A stretch of DNA of 64,000 nt from Pelomyxa schiedti (taxonomy: Eukaryota > Protista > Evosea): the NCBI GenBank assembly GCA_020536535.1, contig JAHLWZ010000845.1, forward strand, positions 1 through 64,000, in the 5' to 3' direction. Each line of letters starts with the position of its first letter. Position 1 is the first letter of the stretch. The notes under the pieces were generated by a model that worked only from the letters and a program-made list of their open reading frames with translations, was not told where the DNA came from and did no database searches. Of this stretch, positions 10,318-25,000 are shown piece after piece. Both the position numbers and the translations under genes were made by a program.

Positions 10318-13300
10318 ATGAAAGGGAAACTTTGGTACCTGGACCACACTGCCGATGGAGATCGGTGGTGTGAGTCTCTGTCGGCTATTATCGAGAGTTC
10401 TCGTGGTGGTTGGAGATTCGAAATGGAAACGGTGGGCAAATGGGTTTCCTTTTTTTTTTTTTTTTTGACACCTGTCTGTTTGTTTATCTCTCTTTTTTGT
10501 TTTGTGTTGGTAGCTAGATATCGTGCATATTTTTGGTCTCTAACTTAATCACTATTGGATAACAAGACTTCTGGAGAGAGCCTTGGCAGAATAAAGATGA
10601 GTGAGATACAGGTAGTAAGGGAGACTGACGTCAAACCATTTTGCTTCGAATTTCAGCTTTCAGAGGTATGTTGACATTAAGGGGTGGGGTGTGTAATAAC
10701 ATTTTTCGTAAGGATCAAACTTTAGTATTACAAGCTACTGATGAAGCGTCTAAGCTGGAATGGTTGAAAGTCCTGGAGTAAGCATAAGCACTTAGTGCTT
10801 CTTTCTGACAAGTATTAGAAGTACAGGTGGTCTAAGAATTGAAAGGCTTGAAAAGCCTGTTGAGAAACCTTCTCGGCACCATCACGATCATCATTCACGG
10901 CATCATGAACGGAGTGATCGTCATGAGACTGAGGAGCGTGACAGGAGTGAACATCACCACCATGATAGGGACGGCCATCATGATCATGATCATGACAGGA
11001 GTGAGTACCACCATGCTGATGCTGACTTGAGGCATCGTGATCATCACCACCATGATGACGATGATGAAGTACCAGCCACCAAAGAGCCTTCTCATGGGAA
11101 GCACACAGAGGGTGGAAAGACAACTTCCAAGAAAAGGCATGATAGTGATGCTGATTCTCATGACCGAGCCGATTCAGATTCCGAGAAACACAAAAGTAAG
11201 GCGGCCAAAGCTGCTCCTAAGTCAAAGCCTGTAAGTGACAGTGGCTCTGACTCGGAGCTAAGTGATCAGGATGTAAAACTGAAGCCAAAAGGCGATGGCA
11301 GTGAGTCTAGTGGAGCTAAAATGGCAACTGCTTCAAGGAAATTGTCCGACGTCACGACAACAACAAATAGATCTATTTTGCGGCGTTCTATACTCATTAA
11401 CAAAGGGGACGATTATGATGTGTGTACATTTTGATGATAATAAAATTTAAATATTGTGGTTGCCTTACATCAGAAAGCCTGTTTTACTGGGCGATAAGCT
11501 AAAGCAACTGCATGAGGAAAATCCAGATCAACCCTTAGCTCATGTATAAGCTTATTTGAATTACTTATTCTAACCTCTCTTAGATCCATAAAAAAAAGAA
11601 AAAGAAGGGACACAAACATCGTCCAGCATTCCAATTTAAATGTAACGTCATTGGGGAGGTTATATATAAGGGCCACCCCTCCTGGGTTTTGATGCACAAC
11701 ATCCAAATTGGGTTGAGACATGTGGTGGGGGGTGGTTACATAACTCCAAAGCAACGTACTTTGGTAACTACAAGGCCTGACTTCTTGGAGAATGCAATAT
11801 TTTATGATACACCTGGTGTTATTGCATTTCCAAGGTTGGAAACAAGTCACCTTGTAGTTGTTTACCTACCCAATAGTGCTGGATCTGCCACAACCGTTGC
11901 TCATAATCTTGGAAATTTCAAGTTCAAGGATTATTGCCCCCTCGTCTTTCGCCATTTGAGAGCCTTATTTGGAATCGATCGCAGTGACTACCTTGTATCT
12001 TGACTCCCTTCCTTGTCTGTCACTCAATATGTTAGGGGTCTCTCTGTTACACACCGGAAACAGGTGGAAATCCACTGAGGCTTATGGCAACACCTGGCAA
12101 GAGTGGCTCCCTCTTCTTCTTCAGTAGTGACATGAAATTCATTCTCAAGACTATCCCGAAAAGAGAAGCAAAAATTTTACGTGACTTGCTTCCACCTTAT
12201 GTGAAGGTCAACAACCTTTTTTAGTGTTGTGAAGATTTAGCTAACTCTTACACAGCATATAGCCAAGTTTCCTGACACCCTTTTGCCAAAATTCTATGGT
12301 TTGTACAGGGTCAAGCCCCATTTAGGGAGACAGGTCCGCTTTGTCATAATGAACAATCTTTTTGCTACTGACAAGAAAATACATGAGAGATATGACTTGA
12401 AGGTTTCACAATACCTCTTTTGTTTTGTTTCCCCTCTTAGTTTGCTAGGGCTCTACTGTAGGTAGAACCCTTACTGTTTCAGAAAGAACGGGGTTGGGAC
12501 GCAACGCCACATTTAAGGTCTAAACCACATTACTTTGAATTTAGACGTCACCAAACTCCCAACAGGATGGGGATTTCCTTTGTTTGAATAAGGCTTTGCG
12601 CTTGGGTCCAACAAGGAAAACTAAATTCCTGCAGCAAATCGAAAGAGATGCTGAGGTATGTTGGTGTCAAGAAAGATATTTATCTTACCAGTACAGTTCC
12701 TTCGTTCACTTGGCACCATGGACTACAGCTTGCTCGTTGGCATACACAGTGAAGAAATAGCAGCACTTGAAGCGGCATCTCCTGCTGATGCAGAACCACC
12801 CCTTCCCCCATCCCATTTGGATGCCGCACCTGGTGAATTTCTGTCAATGGATGTCAACTTGCAGCCTCCGGATCTAGGCCCAAAACCAACCAAGCCACAC
12901 AAGACATCCCCTGCACCTGAACCAACCACAGAGTCATCCACAAAGAAGGATACCGTGAGACCCAGTAGGAAGAGTACTTCCGTCAAGACTGACACCAAGT
13001 CATCTTCGGGAGCAGATAAAACTAAAGTTTCCTCACCCAGAATGGAATCAGCAGCCCCAGCCACAACAGCAACAGCATCATCATCCACGACAACAACGAC
13101 GACAACGGCAACAACTTCAACGACTTCTTCTGTTGATGCTTCTAACGCTGTTGTTGTGGAAGCACAGTACTCAAAGTTTGAGATGATACCACAACTGGAT
13201 AGGTTCTTCTTTCTTCCATGTGTTTGCGCACTAACTCTTCTTAGCCCACCAGTGATTTCTTCATCGCTTTTCACTTCTGATCGGGGTGGGATGATGGGAT

Positions 13301-13626
13301 ATGACGAGAAAGGACACCCAACCAGGTGAAAAATAATGTTGACAACACGGGTCAATTTTCTTACCTCTTTCTCCTTCCAGAGAGTTCTACTTTGTTGGTA
13401 TTATTGATATTCTTATGCGTTACACCATGAGAAAGTCTCTTGAGCACTCTTATAAAACATTGCGTTATGGCAATTTGGTACCACTGCTTTCCCTCCCTAA
13501 AATAATCAATCATTGGAGACATTCTCCACCTCACCAAGTATTAAAATTCAGGGAGAGGTTTCCTCTGTAAATCCACCTGACTATGCAACAAGATTCGTCA
13601 AGTTTATCACAGATGTAACACTGTAA
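10318..13626 (+). CDS. phosphatidylinositol phosphate kinase (PIP5K family) with N-terminal PH domain and His/Asp-rich linker
   Basis: PH-like [48 protein letters not shown]; PIPK motifs [96 protein letters not shown]. Start uncertain (10264 or 10318). Confidence 0.9.
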
Positions 13627-13846
13627 ATAAAGGAACCTCGTCCCACCATTACCCTGTGACCTCCAATAAATGGAAAAAATTATATTGTACACTGCTTTTG
13701 ATTCCATATTGTACCCTAGAGCCCAACGAATGAACCACAAGAAGATGGATTGCCCAGTTTTTTTTTTTTACAACAAATTGTGTTTTTTTTTACAAGCACA
13801 CATAGGTACAAGAAATTAGATTAGTGGTTGCATGGTACTGCCACAG

Positions 13847-14461
13847 TTAAGAGCGAGGGAGATTGCGATAAAGCCAATCGAGGCCCTCATAGAGCCCATC
13901 ACCTGAAGTGGCACATGTGGGTTGCACAAACCACTTCCTAGTCCCAAGTGTCTGCATTCCGAGCTTGTCTGTCAGCTCCGACACTGTCATGGCGTCGGGC
14001 AGGTCTTGCTTGTTGGCGAATACAAGAACAACGGTCTCCCCGAGTTCATCCTCACTGAGAATTTTCTGGAGCTCGGCGCGGGCCTCCGGTATCCTCTCAC
14101 GGTCACTCGAGTCAACAACAAATACAAGCCCTTGTGTGTTCTGGAAATACTGTGGGGATGGTGTAAGTGTTACATTAAACAGTTAGCTATCGAACATGAT
14201 ATTTTCATATTTTTGAGAGAGAAGATAGTGTACATGTCTCCAGAGGGGCCTGGTTTTGTCGTCCACACCAACATTCCACACTGTGAAGTTGATGTTATTG
14301 TACTGCCCGGTCTCGACACTGATTGTTGATACGGTCATGACGATTTCGCCTTGGGTGAGTTTGTACAGGACTGTGGTCTTGCCCGCTGCATCAAGCCCAA
14401 CTATCAGTATCATGTACCTCTGGGTCAGACCATGATATAACTTGGAAAACATTGATCCCAT
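13847..14461 (-). CDS. divergent ARF-family small GTPase (ARF1-like) with degenerate switch I and G3
   Basis: MG start (myristoylation site), [58 protein letters not shown]; one intron about 14152-14232; G3 reads WNVGVD. Confidence 0.88.
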
Positions 14462-14594
14462 TTCGTTGTGTTGGTTTTCTATGGTTTGTTGATTTGGTTT
14501 TGGGGCTGCCCACTGGGTACGTTTTCAACGTGGTCATTTTTTTCGGGAATGATCCCTGTCGGTCAAACTGTCATCTAACTGCTCAATAAACTCT

Positions 14595-15813
14595 TCAAAA
14601 AAAAAAGTTTGCAACCACTACAGTAAGGAAGAGTACAAGGATCACACCAATCCAAAACCCCTTTTGGTTTGGGAATAGTGCATGGAGTGTGCTTGTGGTC
14701 ACTAAGGGGTTGGAGGGGCAATGTGCAGAATTCCATCCACAGTGGTTGGGAGGGTAAATGAATGCTGGGTTTTCCCTAAGTTTGGTTGCTGATTCGGGCG
14801 TGTAACCAGGAGGAATAGGCCACTCCACATTGTAAAGAACGAAACATTCATTCCGCAGGCTTGAGTACCTGTGGTCCCATCGGTAAACATAAGAAAAGAA
14901 CATATGTTAACGCACTTGCCAAGCGGCAAATCGCCATCAGCACATCCCCTGGACATAACGCCAGCTCTCTCCAAAGACCTATCAATCCTCGATATCAGAG
15001 AGTTCAAGTATTGTGGTGACTTCTGGTCATGCTAGTATTTTTAGAGATTAGGACTACAAGGCGAGTGACGAGGGATTACCTCAGAAAACTGCATACTGAC
15101 TTCATTGAGGTTACAGTCATAGACAGATATTGGCCCAATGCCGTTGAGAGAGGGATGCCACTGCAAAACATAGAGTGTCAATTCCCTCCCTCTTTGAAAA
15201 TCCGGCCAATCCCTACCCGGCATGCAAACTTTGGTGGCTAGGTCGTAATCCTACCCAACTTTTAATAACCCTTACAGTAGTGACAAATAAGAAAGAATCC
15301 AACCATATCCAGCAGCTCTCGTACAAGACAGGACCAAGCCTTTGACAAGTCCTTGATAGAAACAGAAAAGTGCACTTTCCAGTCTGGAAGTTTGTTACCA
15401 TAAACTGCCTGGGCATACCAATAGGCTTCTCCCTATAGTACCATACAATAATCTTGATGAGAATATACTAGAAAGACCCCCATCAAACACGTATCTCTAA
15501 TTTTACAAAGATATGTGTACTATACCTTTGGAGTGTACAACTGCATGAATCCATTAAAATGCCGTGCCTTGAAAGTCCTGGTGCAATTTTTTGTGTTCCC
15601 ATTCCCACAATTCTCCACCGCGTGTCCTGCACTAGAGGCATTGAGCAAGACCAACCCGTGGATTGTCGTCCTGTTTGCCACAAGGGTGTCCAGAGACAGA
15701 GCCTCAACGCATTGATCCACGCACGTGGCCGTGATGACTTTCACCGGGGGCCCGTCGTCGTCACTCGCAGCACTTGCCGAGGCACCTCCCGAGGGGTCTT
15801 TCGACGATGCCAT
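14595..15813 (-). CDS. hypothetical protein with C-terminal transmembrane helix, multi-exon
   Basis: First exon MASSKDPSGG..; several intron-flanked open segments; last exon ends FWIGVILVLFLTVVVANFFF. Confidence 0.55.
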
Positions 15814-15898
15814 CAGATACCAGATCGCGTTTGTAACGGCACCCACACACAAAGGCCGAAAGAACAAGAAGGGAAAAAAAAAATTAAAAACACCAGGG

Positions 15899-17904
<2,006 letters not shown>

Positions 17905-18064
17905 CACCAAGTACAACCAATTTTTATTTGTTCACGAAAAGGAACAATCATTCATTGAGTAGAAAAGTTTATTTCCTTTGTTCAGCCACATTTCTACCTC
18001 AATGAAAATGATAATGGGGGCGATACATCATGCACAGTGTAATACTGCTTCATCGGTTTCAGGT

Positions 18065-18677
18065 CTACGGGTGTTTTGCAATATAGTCTCTTGCAGCTTT
18101 CAAAACTGGGTCCACTGCCTTCCCAAATGATGTAGGTGGAGTTAGGGATGTCCAAATGTGGCAGTAGTGCTCAGATTTTACTGCTTTGGCGGTACATTCA
18201 CAGGTATCAGGAACAAATCCGAGGAAAATTATGAGTGTCTTTTCAACTGTCGCGCCACCTAGTCTCTTTCGGTTCTTTGTTTGTCTTGAAGAGTAATGGG
18301 ATAGTACATACACGATATTGTGGGTAGTATACAGTCTTGTATTGAAATTCCGGTGCCACAGTGATGGTGCTTGTGTCAATACCGGTTTCTTCCCTCACTT
18401 CCCGCATAGCCTTTGAAAGCATTAACATGTATTGTGTTTTAGGATTTAGAATAATTATGGTAACAATAATTCGAAGCAAACCGTCTGTAGCTCCGTTTCA
18501 CCATGTTCCATGTGCCCTAAAAAAAGGAGTTAGACATACATGAAAACAAATAGAAAATACCACAAAATAACCTTTAGGCAAGTCTGCACCCCTCCCACCA
18601 GTTTTTCCCAGAATGAGTGCCTCTGTTTTAATGCCCCTTCGACGTACAAGCAGCATCCCACAACTTGTAACCGACAT
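18065..18677 (-). CDS. Nudix hydrolase, diadenosine tetraphosphatase (NUDT2/Ap4Aase)-like
   Basis: SCGMLLVRR..LPK-GHMEHGETELQT-AMREVREETGI gives a complete GX5EX7REUXEEXGU Nudix box; KTLIIFLG and SEH motifs as in Ap4A hydrolases. Confidence 0.85.
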
Positions 18678-18868
18678 CGTGGCTGCGGAAGACGTAGCTG
18701 TGCCTGTCACTGTCACGCAGTGTTACAACATTTGGGGTGCAGCTCGTGTGATGTCACAACATTATGGGTACCAATGTTACTCGACATTCCTCTGTGTGCG
18801 GCCATTGGCGCTTCCTTCACCGAACAGTCGATTATTTGATCGCCAGGTAACGCGAAACGCTGTTTATT

Positions 18869-20164
18869 TTGATGCTTTCGGTTGTAAAGTCCGTTGATGC
18901 GGAGCATCAGTTTGTGGCTATTGGGTGCGGAGTCCTGCCTCGCTGCGGCGCGGCCAGCGCGGCCAACGTGCTGTCGGCCACACTTCTGCACCACATCGGC
19001 AGCCTGTGGGTCGTCAGCGAGACCCGCATCGTGACGTTCTGCGCCCACCGCGGGTCCCGCGACCCCGTCGACCGCGCCCTGCACACGTTTGTGTTCTCCA
19101 CCTCGCCGACGCTGGGGCTGGTCCGCGGCCTGCTCGACGTCCACTCCGCTCCGGAGCACTTTGGGTGCGCCTGGCTGCCGCCGGCCCCCGCGCCGTCCCG
19201 CGGCCGCCGCTGCGACCGCCTGCGCTCCCTCATGCTCAAGAGCCTGCGCCCGGAGGCGGAGCCCGGGATTGTTCTCCGCCGGCTCGACTTTGTTGGGCCT
19301 CTGGCGGGCACCGTGGTGGACTACGTAGGGGGCTGGGAGTGGATGTACTCCACGGTGCTCCACGCCCGGCTGAATGACCGGTGGGCCGTGGCCGTCTGCG
19401 CCATGGATAGCAGCCGCTACGGCACCGCAAGAACCCTGGCCCTGTACATCTGGCCCGCCTCGGGCTTCCTCCAGGGCCACGCCGTCGACGTCCGCCTGTC
19501 CGGCGACGACGCGGACGACCGCCCCGTGGCCGCGGACTTCACCTGCTCCCTCTCCAGCGGGTGCGGGGCCGCCGCCGCCGCCGCCGACGAGTTCACCGTC
19601 GTGTTCTCGCGCTGGCTCATCGTCACCGTCGACCTCGCCGCGACCTTCGACAGAGGCGCGCTCGTCGCCACCCGCTCCCTGCAGGGGTCCTACGCGACCC
19701 CCGCCCGGTGCTTCCTCGTCGCCGGGCGGTTCCTCCACACCCCCAGGGGCCCCGCGGTCGTCCTCCGCGAGACCGGCGGCTCGCCCGCCGCCCAGTGCCA
19801 CGTCATGTACCTCGCCACGGGCGCCCTGTCCCGCGCGGCATTCCCCTTTGGCCAAGTGGAAGGCTACACCGTGGCGGCCTTCCCTGACGACACGGGCAAC
19901 TGCTCGGTGTACGACGCCCGCAAGATATCCTGGGGGCCCTTGCGCGTGCACCACCGCGGGGACGCTGGGTCGTCGGTGAAGGTGGTGCAGCCTGGGATGA
20001 TTGTCCACGTGCGCAACCACATCAAGCTCTGCAAGTACCCTTTCATGCCGCTCACGATCACAACCTTGGAGTTTGTGGAAGCTACTTCGGGCATGCATGT
20101 TCTCACACTGACTTCTGATGAGGGACAGACCCCTCTGGAGGTCACCTCCTATTGCTTGTTTTGA
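18869..20164 (+). CDS. hypothetical protein of a repeated lineage-specific family (single GC-rich exon, possible F-box-like N-terminus)
   Basis: 431-aa ORF with strong GC3 bias; shares AE.QF.A, IG..WVV...R.V and S.TLGLV motifs with the 36680-38191 ORF. True start may lie slightly upstream. Confidence 0.75.
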   Translation: MMLSVVKSVDAEHQFVAIGCGVLPRCGAASAANVLSATLLHHIGSLWVVSETRIVTFCAHRGSRDPVDRALHTFVFSTSPTLGLVRGLLDVHSAPEHFGCAWLPPAPAPSRGRRCDRLRSLMLKSLRPEAEPGIVLRRLDFVGPLAGTVVDYVGGWEWMYSTVLHARLNDRWAVAVCAMDSSRYGTARTLALYIWPASGFLQGHAVDVRLSGDDADDRPVAADFTCSLSSGCGAAAAAADEFTVVFSRWLIVTVDLAATFDRGALVATRSLQGSYATPARCFLVAGRFLHTPRGPAVVLRETGGSPAAQCHVMYLATGALSRAAFPFGQVEGYTVAAFPDDTGNCSVYDARKISWGPLRVHHRGDAGSSVKVVQPGMIVHVRNHIKLCKYPFMPLTITTLEFVEATSGMHVLTLTSDEGQTPLEVTSYCLF

Positions 20165-20254
20165 AAAACAGACCAAAAACCTACTAGGAATCAACAAAAT
20201 AAAAGTGACTTTTGTTGGAGTAACAGGGAAAAAAAAAGGTGCTGTTGGAGTTCA

Positions 20255-22148
20255 CTAGTCAAATGCACATACCACACTGTATACCATTTTTTCCACATTA
20301 GAGAAATTGGTGCACTTTCCATAGAACGGTTGTTCCGGAGCAAGGTAAAGGCCTTCAGAAGCGAGAATAGCCCCATAGAAAACATTGTCTACATCTAAGC
20401 AAAACAAATTTAGAAAGCAATCAATAGGGATGACATACAAAACGCGTCTATTGGCGCATAAGGCATATCAGGAGGAGGGGCTGGCCTCCAGTCATGGCAT
20501 GGACGTGACACGTTACCCCAGACACCAATTGTAATATCGACGTTAAGCATTTCCAATTGCCGGATAGGAACCTCTCTCCCATATACAGCAATCCCATTCT
20601 CACTCTTAGCTGTGATATTAATAAAACGAACCGACTCGACATAGCCAGTGTAGGGCCGCGTTGTGTCCCAGGACAAACTGGGAATAAATGTTCACGGTAG
20701 TTACGTAAGAACCGTAAAGTACCTTACTACACTAATTGGCTCGGCACTTCCCCACCACGCAGAGGAGAAGAACTTTGTCTATGTACAGTGATTAATCAAA
20801 TAATTTTGATAAATTTAGGAAAAGAAACCTGGATATCTATGTTAGAAAAGGTCACGTTTATTATAGGTGCCGTGCCGAGCCTAGGTTGAACTGCCAAACC
20901 CCTGTTGGTATCGTTGATGACACAGTGATCAAATACAACTCCAGAAATCACTGCTGTAGCAAGGTCATCAAAAACTGCCACCTTGGGTAATATTAGAAGC
21001 ATACACACCTCAAATTGTACCTTGAGCGCAGCAGATGTGGATTCAAAATAGCTGTCATGAACCCAAATATTTCCAGATGGAACTGGAGTATGGGCTACAA
21101 CGCAAACGCTGTCATCACCCGTAGTTATGTGGCAATTCTTTATCTCAACATTATTGCAGTCCACAAGATCGACACCATCATTATTGGGCCATCTTCTGTC
21201 TCCATATATAGTTACGCCATCAAGAGTAGCATTTTGTGCATGAACAAGAGTAAGAGTCCAGAACGGGCTGTTGAACAGTGAAACACTTTGAAGTAGTACA
21301 TTGCTGCAATCTTTGAATACGGCAAGCTTTGGCCTACAAGAAAAAGAGCTGCAGGGATAGAGAAATGCCCAGTCGATTGGGTAGAGGTAATTATAGGTTT
21401 CATCATAATGATCCACAAGGTGACCAGGTGGGCTGTTGGCACCAGCATCAATCATACCCTTACCTTTTTTTTGTATAAATAAAATATAACATGATGAAAA
21501 GGAAGAAAACCAAGGATTCCCGTGTTAGTAGCATTTAGTGCCCCAATAAATGGAAAGTCACAAATCCCTGCACGTTGAAACAAACATGAGATATACAAGA
21601 AAGGAAAAAAGGCCAGAACAGAAGGCCAGCACTTCATAACCCGGCTCCCACCCATAATAGAAAAAGCCAAGCAAGCCAGAATACATAAAACACACCGGTG
21701 TCCCAAGTAACAGACTGCATGCAAGGGTACAAAGTAGGGTCATCAGAAGCCCTGAGCAACGCACCCTCGGACAGATACAACCACACGTCCGACGTCAAGT
21801 TGAAAGCGCCGCTGAGGAAGCACGAGCCCGGCGTCGCGGGCACAACGACGCGACCCCCGCCGTCGTTGGAGGCGGCGGCCGCCACGGCGTCGGCTATGGC
21901 ATCGGTGCACGGCGTGGCACAGTCTGCAATTGCACCGAAATCTACGCAGTTGCAGTGGTGACGTTGTTGTTGTTTGAAAACTTGGTGGGGTTGTGGCGTG
22001 TGACATGATGGAATGGTTTGTTGTTGGTGGACATGAATTGATGGAAAAAACAGTGTGGCACACCGGTGATGTAGAAGTCCTTGGACTGTGAGTACTTGAT
22101 AGAAAGTGACACAACAACCAGCACACAGAGCCAAACCCCACAGGCCAT
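20255..22148 (-). CDS. secreted glycoside hydrolase family 28 (polygalacturonase-like beta-helix)
   Basis: Signal peptide MACGVWLCVLVVVSLSIKYSQS; spliced YIT-DFGA; GGRVVVP..FLSGAFNLTSDVWLYLSEGALL; NSPFWTL; PNNDGVD; TGDD; NRGL; WWGSAEP. Confidence 0.88.
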
Positions 22149-22394
22149 CTTCGCTTTTTCTTTTCTACCTTTTTGTTTGGAGTTTTGATCGATTCTGAAC
22201 GAAAAAAGTTACACTGAAGCACGCGGAAGGAAGGCAAGAAATTTTGTATTTGTGCATGGATACCCAGTATTTACATATAACATAAGCAAAAATCCCATGT
22301 GACTCTTGTCTCAAGGGTCAAATCAAGTTGAGTGCGTAAAGGTTTTTGTTTAGAGTACTAGTTCGGCAATCAGAAGAAGTACAAAGACTGGGTG

Positions 22395-23019
22395 CTATTG
22401 AGTTGAAGGAAATTGCACTGTGAGAACGAATGAATTGTGCTTGGGGTTTACCCGGTCAATTTCCAGATGTTTCCTCCTGTAAAAGCAAAGGGTCCCATAT
22501 CTCCGGCATGGTAAGCAGTATCCAATTGTAAGTAGCCAAACAGGTAACTTGTGAGAAAGCATGAGTTTTGAACAGTGCAATGATGCAAGGCACTACTCAC
22601 ATTGAGCATATCTCCCAATACCCCAAAAATCAGAGCTTTACAAGACAGGTTAGGTTGTTGGGAATAATACAACCTTTTATTTTTTACCTGGGATCAAGCA
22701 GAGAAGAGTGAGGGGCAGGAATACTATTTTTAGGATATTATCACAATTGCACCTTGGTTAGATGAGAAATTATTGGTCAAGGTCAACAATCTCACACCCT
22801 TTAGGGAACCAATGCTTAATGACGAATTCCACACAATCGTGAGTCCACACAGGACCCAGTATGGTTGTTACATAGGACCCTCTCTGGTAGGGTTTCCCCC
22901 ACATGAGACAACTGCATTTACAGCACTTACACATTCGCCTTTCCTCATCATCATCATCATCACTCTCACACGCTTCTCCATTTCCAACAGCCTCAAAAAG
23001 TTTATCTTTAGACCCCAGC

Positions 23020-23055
<36 letters not shown>

Positions 23056-23414
23056 ACACTGCCACTACAAGCCCAAAAAACCCAAACATAAAAGAGTATA
23101 GAATTGTGGGATACCTCGTTTTCCTCGTCGGTGGACACTGACCCCGCGTCGTCCCTCTCGCCCCCGACCTCGCTCTCGCTCCCGCTGGGCCGCAGCTGGG
23201 CCTCTGATTGGGTTTCCTCCATTTGGTGCTGGTGCAGGCAGCGCTTGGCGTCGTCCTCCCCCGGCGTGGCGGGCTCGGCAGGGGGTGAGGAGGAGGAGGC
23301 GTGCGCCGGAGTGGCCTGCAGCTCCACCGCCGCCGCGTTGTTGCCGTCGCTGCTGCTGCAGGCATCCGAGTGGGGGGACTCTGCCTCTGCTGTGCTGCCG
23401 CCTGCGTCGGTCAT
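22395..23414 (-). CDS. hypothetical protein, acidic disordered N-terminus, Cys cluster and hydrophobic segment
   Basis: ATG 23414 MTDAGGSTAEAES..; intron containing a T32 run; CKCCKCSC; later exons LKIVFLPLTLLCLIP, SYLFGYLQLDTAYH. Confidence 0.55.
23021..23052. repeat. A32 homopolymer (intronic poly-T of the minus-strand gene)
   Basis: 32 consecutive A. Confidence 0.95.
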
Positions 23415-23451
23415 CCCGTTGGTGTGTGGCACAACGAACACCAGTCGATCG

Positions 23452-24893
23452 ATGTGTTTGGAACAAGTTCGGTGAACACCCAGAACACGAACCATTTGAA
23501 GTTGATATTTCCCTTTTCTAGATGTGGGACTTGGGGCTCAGTGGTGGGGGGAATTCCTCAGCTTTCTTGGCCCGGCACTCTGTTTCCTGGGCAGTACCCT
23601 CGTTGTTTGAGAGTATTTCCCACCAAAATACCACAACAAATGACCTCAGCAGGGCCTTATTTGCAGCAGGCCACGGGCACCGGGGGTGGTTCCAGCGCCG
23701 CTACCAACGTCCCACAATTCCCTCCGTCCATGCAGCCTCCCACACCGACGTCGTCTTCCGGCGCCGCGCAGCCCCCGTCGTCCGCCGTAGGCGTCAGCCT
23801 GAACCTCGGCGGCCTCACGGCGACGGTGGGCCTCACCCCGCAGCAGTTCCTTACGACGTCGAGCCCCGCGGTGTCGCCGCCTCCGCCGCCCGTATCTACT
23901 ATCTGTTGCTCCACGTCCACCACGTCGTCGTCGTCGCTTCAGTCTCCTGCACTGGCCACCGGTGCTGCAAGTGTTGTTCAGTACGGCGCCGAGCCTGCAG
24001 TTTCCCAAATGTTGGGCCAGGTTGTCTATTTGTCTATTTTTACTCCTCCGCGTGACACTTGTTTGGCTTGGTTCTAATCATCATGATACAATATTACAGA
24101 GGAGTACGTTTCAGACAGTTGGTGTTGATGCAGGTCGAATGTATAAGTTCTTGGAGGAAGAAGATGCCAAGATTGAACAACTTACTTCGGAAAGTCTTTT
24201 TCCAGCAGAGAGATCAACTTATCAACCAACTATACTCAGTGAGTCTACTTTCCCTTTGTTTCTGTGTCCATTCCAGTTTCAATTGCTAAAAATAGTATTT
24301 AAACGCTTATATAACAGACTACAGAAAAGAAGAAAAAGAACAACAAAGATTGATTCTACTGACAGAAAGAGAAATAGAAAAAGATAGAGACAGAGATCCA
24401 AAAGTTCTTGCCACACTTAGAGGCAGGGTTCTACGTTACTGCATGAGGTCAAAAGAGGTTAGGATTTCTTCAGGTTTCGATTGTTTTGCCCTTAACTCTT
24501 ATTCAGATAGTGATTGGCCGTGCAACCAAGATGAATCCGGACCTGGTAGATGTAAATCTTGCGGAGGAAGCTCCAGCTTCAAAAGTTTCAAGGAAGCATG
24601 TAATACATGCCTCGTCCTTCACTATGTGACTTCACCAACAATTAGGCAATCATCAAACTCAAGTATGATGGGGAATTCTACATTTATAACATCGGGAGGC
24701 ACGCTATTTACATAAACGGGAAGACACTCGCCCCAAACGCTGCTCACCGGCTTGTTGATTGTTGTCTTGTTGAAGTAATTCTCGCTGTCCTCTGTTCTAT
24801 TGCTTAATTGCCAAACAGATTGGAAACGTGAAATTTATTTTTGATATCAACAAAGCACTGTTGCCAAAAATCAGAAGACTTTTGGCTCACTAA
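23452..24893 (+). CDS. MCRS1: microspherule protein 1 (MCRS1/MSP58), FHA domain; INO80/NSL subunit
   Basis: KVLATLRGRVLRYCMRSKE-IVIGRATKMNPDLVDVNLAEEAPASKVSRKH..IIKLKYDGEFYIYNIGRHAIYING..EIGNVKFIFDIN matches the MCRS1 FHA region. Start approximate. Confidence 0.85.
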
Positions 24894-25000
24894 ATGTGGG
24901 GGTAACCCAAGCACGAAAATAACATTTGTTTGTATAGTTCTTTTTCATTTTTCTACATGATTACACAAAAAATTTATGGAACCAGCAAGACCGGTACTCT

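Noticed and set aside
10815-11161. Met/Ile-rich apparent transmembrane ORFs
   Set aside because: Alternative frames of the His/Asp-rich PIP5K linker; the His frame is continuous with downstream coding sequence.
18713-20197. 494-aa minus-strand ORF
   Set aside because: Exact antisense of the 431-aa plus ORF; high GC3 removes antisense stops.
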